NCBI RefSeq assembly: GCF_009914755.1
Contig: NC_060930.1
Direction: 5' to 3' (one strand)
From: the human T2T-CHM13v2.0 reference genome, Homo sapiens
DNA: 64,000 nucleotides
Within the stretch, counting starts at the first letter, position 1; every line of letters starts with the position of its first letter. The notes below the pieces were generated by a model. It was not told the origin of the DNA. It was given only the letters and a program-made list of their open reading frames with translations, and made no database searches. Shown one piece after another: positions 57,885 to 64,000 of the stretch. The position numbers were made by a program, and so were the translations under genes.

Positions 57885-58954
57885 GAAATCAGCCTTGGAT
57901 GGTATACAAATGAATGAACATAGCCATGTTCCAATAAAACTTTATTTACAAACCAGTCAGCAGACAGATCAGGCCTAAGAGCCATAGTTTACTGACTCCT
58001 GAATTAGGGGGTAATAAAGAGAAATCCATGTATTGAAAGAATGTTTAAGAGCTACAACTAGTAGAGCTTAGTGATTAATTGGCTTTGGGAAGCAGTCAAG
58101 GAGGTACCAGTGGCTGAAACAATCAGCACCCATGCCCATGAGTAGAGGCTGACCATGAGTCACTCGGAGAATCTCTGTATCTTCCTATTTCCAAGAAATC
58201 AGTGAAAAGTTGTGCAACTTTTTTAGTGTAATGTTAAAAAAAATTCTTCTATATGTGGGATAAAATTGTCACAATGCATAAGAGGATACATAATAAAATC
58301 TCAATTTTCTTCTCCCTTGATCCCCGCTTCCCAGTTCCCGGGCTTGCCACCGTGCCACTTTCAACTTCATGCAGCCTCCAAGGGCACCAAGTTTCCATGG
58401 CATCCACATCTCCTCCAGGTACAGGAATTGGCTTTCTCTCTGCCTCTTACCTGGCTGACTCTGACTCGTGTGTTCCAGGGAAGAATGGCCTAAATTGCAA
58501 TGAGGGAGAGAAAAGGATCCCCCTGCAGCCCTTAGGCCCAGGCGGGTCTGGGGCCTGCCTTGAATTGTAGGGATCACACCCCTCTAGGCCTGAGAGCCGC
58601 TGAACGGCCCTATTAGTGTTTTCCTGCCCGGAAATGTTTCCCTCCTCCAGCCTCCTCTGCCAGGTCTTCTACAAGGTGCCCTGTACCTTTCCTTTCACCC
58701 GACTCCTCCCCAGGTCAGATAAAGCTGGGAGCAGGAGGCTCCTCGAGCCCCACTGAGAATCAGAAAATATCAGGGGGTGCGTGTGTGTGCTGGTGGGGCT
58801 GTTGCCAAACTATGCCTGGAGGTGACAGCAGTGATGCCAGGACACGGGGGCCGATCTTGGGTCTTCACAGGGAGGGAGAAGTGCCAAATTCTCCAAAAGT
58901 GCGCATCAGGCAGTGAGGTTAAAAATAACAATAAAATAAATTCTAAAATAAATA

Positions 58955-59155
58955 GGCCAGGCATGGTGGCTCACACTTGTAATCCCAGCACTTTGGGAGC
59001 CTGAGGTAGGAGGATCACTTGAGCCCAGGAGTTCATGACCAGCCTAGGCAACAGAGCGACACCCCATCTTTAAAATAACATTACATTAAATTAATAAAAC
59101 AGAATAAAATCAATTCAAAAAATAAACATAAATTTAAAATTAAATGAAATAAAAT
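58955..59155 (+). mobile_element. FLAM with AT-rich tail
   Basis: Single left monomer followed by taaaa-like repeats. Confidence 0.9.
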
Positions 59156-59596
59156 GCCAAGTGGCCAGCGGTGGGCCGCAGCGTGTGGGGCAGGCAGGCA
59201 GGAGAGTGGCGGGAAGAGGGACTCCTCCTTCTGAGCACAGTCTCCAGAAGTGGCTCCTTGTCAACAATTGTAAAGGTCACATGCTGACGCGACAGTTGCT
59301 GAGGCTGTGATGCAAACGCACGCAGGAAGCGTTGTGCAAGCAGGCTCTGGAGACCCGCAGGCTCCTGGGCAGAGGGCTGCCTTCTGTGTGGGCTTGCCCC
59401 TCGCCACACCTGGCCAGGAGCCTCCCCCAGCCCCGTGACCCTTGTGTCAGAGCCTGGCCAGATGACAGACGGCCTGGGGTGCAGGCGAGACCCACTGAAC
59501 TGGTAGCTGAGGACAGGTCCAGGCCCAGTGGCTGGGGGACTTCTCAGAGCAGGTACCACAACAGCTACCCAAGGACTCAGGACTTTTCTCCCACAG

Positions 59597-59688
59597 CCAG
59601 ACTTGGTGATTGCATGAAGGAGCCCAGCCTCAGATGACCTTTCCCCGTGACAAGGCACTAGGAGAGCACAGACCTCCCCACACAAACA
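59597..59688 (+). other. Candidate non-coding exon (92 nt)
   Basis: Acceptor cttttctcccacag| and donor ACA|gtaagt; stops in all three frames; no transcript evidence available. Confidence 0.25.
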
Positions 59689-61711
59689 GTAAGTCAGCAT
59701 GTGGTTAAAAATGTAAATGTGCACTACAGAGTTTAAAATATATCAACTGAAGGAGTAAAACCAGACTGTCTGCTTGTCTTGGATTCATTTTGTGCTGTAC
59801 AAGGCTCAAAAGGAACCCAAATTCTGGCTAAAGAGGCCTTTTATGGGAGGCCCCGCCTTGACGGTGACAGGTTGAGACCTATTGCAAACCCGTGGTGGCC
59901 TCACCCACCAATTTCCTCTGCAGCTTCTTCCCCCTCCATGCTCCAGGCTGGCCAGCAAGCAGGCCGGGGGCCAGGGGCACACTAGCTCCAGGCGTGACAG
60001 CCAGATGCTTCCTGCACCACCAGGCCTGCTCCGAGGCTGCATCCCAGAAGCCACTCCAGGCAGGCAGGGTTTCTTCCCAACATCTTGGGAAACAGAACTT
60101 ACACATTACCCCCAGCACACACACAGTACCTAGAACACTCTGGCTTCAATGCCACGCCCATCTCTGTCTGTGTCTACACTGTTTGGGGTTGATTGATAAG
60201 GCCCCAAATGCATTCCCACCAAGAGCTCGTTTTGCAGACTTATCATATCACACCACGCCAGGGGCACGTGCACGTTTTAGAACATGGTATCCTAGAGGTG
60301 ACAGTGCCCTACCCCAGTGTTCATTCTTTATTTGTTCAAACTCCATGTGCATCCAATTGGCTTTCAGTAACACACAAGAGCTCAGGTAACAAGAAGAGAA
60401 CTGTACCCGGATGATGAACTGGAACATCCACCCTCATCTTCACCTCCTCCACCCCAGGCCATGTGCTTCACAGTCACACAGGGGAGCTTCTGGAATGGAC
60501 AGTGTTCCTGGTGTTGACTATAGCCGTGGGCCTCTGAGAAGCTGAAGCAGTGTTGGGCGGAGACAGCTTCAGGGTCACCAGGCCCAGCTAGAACTCCAGG
60601 CTGACCTCAGGGCAACGTCCAGCATCAAGATGAGCTCCTGGGGCATGAGGCTACGCAAGGCCTGAGACCCCACAGATGGAGGACGCTGGGCCACCTGGTG
60701 GGGCTCCTTCAGCAAGAGAGGAAAGCAGGCCAAGGCCAGAGGCAGCTGCTGTCTGAAGATGGGAGGGAGGCGTGCAGGCCTGGCTCCAGCCCACGGTGCG
60801 CAGCAAACTCCAGCCTGCTAGACGCAGATGCAATTGGAGCCAAGTGCACCTTGATACCTCCAAGATGTGACCCCTTACCAGACCCTAAACAAACCTTGTT
60901 GACAGAGCCAGACCACCCCTATTTGAATCAGCTGCGTGGCCACGTGCCTGTCATTCGGTCTCTCTGTCCCCATTTCTACAATGTAAAACAGGAAAGTGAA
61001 ACCCATGGGCCAGCGGCCGCATGCAGGAGAGCTGGCACTGTCAGCCATGGCTGTGGTGACTCCCTGGGCCTTAAGCGAGCAAAGAGCCCACACACCCAAA
61101 TTCAGCACCTTCTTTCCTGTTCTCCTTTGAAGGAAACACTCTTCATATAAAAAGACAGGAAAAGAAACTCGAGACTTTTTCTTCTTTTGGGAGGGTCTCC
61201 AATTTAGAATCAGCATATCAATATTCTCTCTAAACCAATGCTTCTATTAAGGCAGAGTAAATGGGAAGAGAAATTCCACGGCCTGCATCTAGCTTGTCAC
61301 TGCAAAGTGATTCACACAAACACACACTCACACTTTCACACACACGTGCACCTCTGATTGAAGCATTGCTGCTGAACTGATGAGACACCACTATGTAACC
61401 TCTGTTTTTCAATTAAGTGCAAAAAGCCAATTCTTAATCTATGCCATAAACTTAAGTACAAGTGTAGTTGAAAGCAATGATGCCACAAAAGACCAGGTCA
61501 CAGACTGACTGGGGGCTGCGCTCAACTTGTAAGCCTCTTGCCTCACTCCTCTGGCAGCTACAAGTGCTAGAAAATGTCAAATCTGCATTATTCACTTGTT
61601 AATACTGACTAAGCAGTCAAATATACTGCCACACTGTGTGACACTCCAAAAGCCACAAGGATGTACTCACCCTTAGAGCATTAACATAAAACTTAATTAA
61701 GAACGCCTTGG

Positions 61712-62326
<615 letters not shown>

Positions 62327-62329
62327 GAA

Positions 62330-63160
<831 letters not shown>

Positions 63161-63544
63161 AAATAAATTAGAACAATAATCCCATAAAGTTAAAAGAGGT
63201 CAGTAGCGCAGCATGGACCAGGAGATCCTGGGAGTTGTGGAAGTCAGGGAAAGCTCCCTGGAAGAAGGGGAGCTCATGTGGTTGTCCACATCCCCCATCA
63301 TAAGCCAAGAAGAACTGCCTACCAAAGTGTGAAGGCTGTCCTTAAACCCAATGATGTCTATGGTAATGGAGGGCCAGGCCTCAACTATCAAGGAAGCTGC
63401 ATCACCAACGTTTGTCCATCACCAAGGCATAGCATGGTATGGCCAGCGTGATCACATGACCCATATTCTGAGACCAGACTGAGAGTGAAGGGCACTGTTG
63501 ATAATTACAGTGGACAACAGCATATGGTCTCCTGGGGTATAGCA

Positions 63545-63750
63545 GGAACAGCCCAGGCTTGGGACTCAGGCAGACCTGGTTTCGAATCCTAGCTTAGGCA
63601 CATACTTGGGCACATTGCTTTCTGCCTCAGAGCCTCAGTTTCCCCTCCTGTAACGTTTCTATCTCGTGAGGTTATTGTGAGTAACAAAAATAAGATGAGA
63701 AAAACTTCCAGTCCAGGGCCTGAGAAGTCCTAAATATTACAAGCCTGTAA
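63545..63750 (+). mobile_element. MIR
   Basis: caggcagacctggtttcgaatcctagct...gagcctcagtttcccctcctgtaa. Confidence 0.8.
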
Positions 63751-64000
63751 TCTCTTATCTGCAATTCTGGGAAACTAGGGTTCAGAGAGAGGAAAATTGA
63801 GGTTTTTATTGTGCACCCTGTTATCTATTATGAATTTCTTACCCTACTTATAAATTTTTTAAGATTAAACCAAAAGTGCCCCCCACCCGACAAGGAAGCA
63901 CAGCCACAGGAGTCTCTAAGTTACCCTGGGAGAGCTGGGTCCTGTCCCACTGCTAATGCAATTCACACAGGCAGGTCCAGGGGCTTCTCCCAGTTTCAGG

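Noticed and set aside
59140-59724. Longest ORF (194 aa, minus strand)
   Set aside because: GC-rich with no recognisable domain, and it ends in an AT-rich FLAM tail; consistent with chance.

Overview
This is primate genomic DNA, very probably human, from an intergenic or intronic region, and I could not identify the locus from sequence alone. Roughly half or more of the window is interspersed repeats. I count about 42 Alu/FLAM/FRAM pieces, plus MIR, L2, old L1M fragments, one 5'-truncated L1PA with a clean target-site duplication (TSD), MaLR/ERVL LTRs and DNA-transposon relics (MER5/8/20/33/45/58/63). I found no intact protein-coding gene, tRNA/rRNA or CRISPR array. The ORF track is Alu/L1/simple-repeat translation or chance ORFs. 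Three fossil coding regions are recognisable: a hAT-Charlie transposase remnant (~2.6-4.0 kb, minus), an ERVL pol remnant with an LTR (~35.9-37.6 kb, minus) and the L1 ORF2 C-terminus (51.2-51.8 kb). The most testable non-repeat signals are a bZIP motif cluster (25.66-25.89 kb), an AP-1/STAT/TEAD cluster (31.07-31.15 kb), a promoter-like segment followed by a candidate non-coding exon (58.5-59.7 kb) and several two-copy local tandem duplications. I do not see evidence for a genuinely novel biological system. Repeat subfamily names come from remembered consensus similarity, and boundaries of old repeats are approximate.
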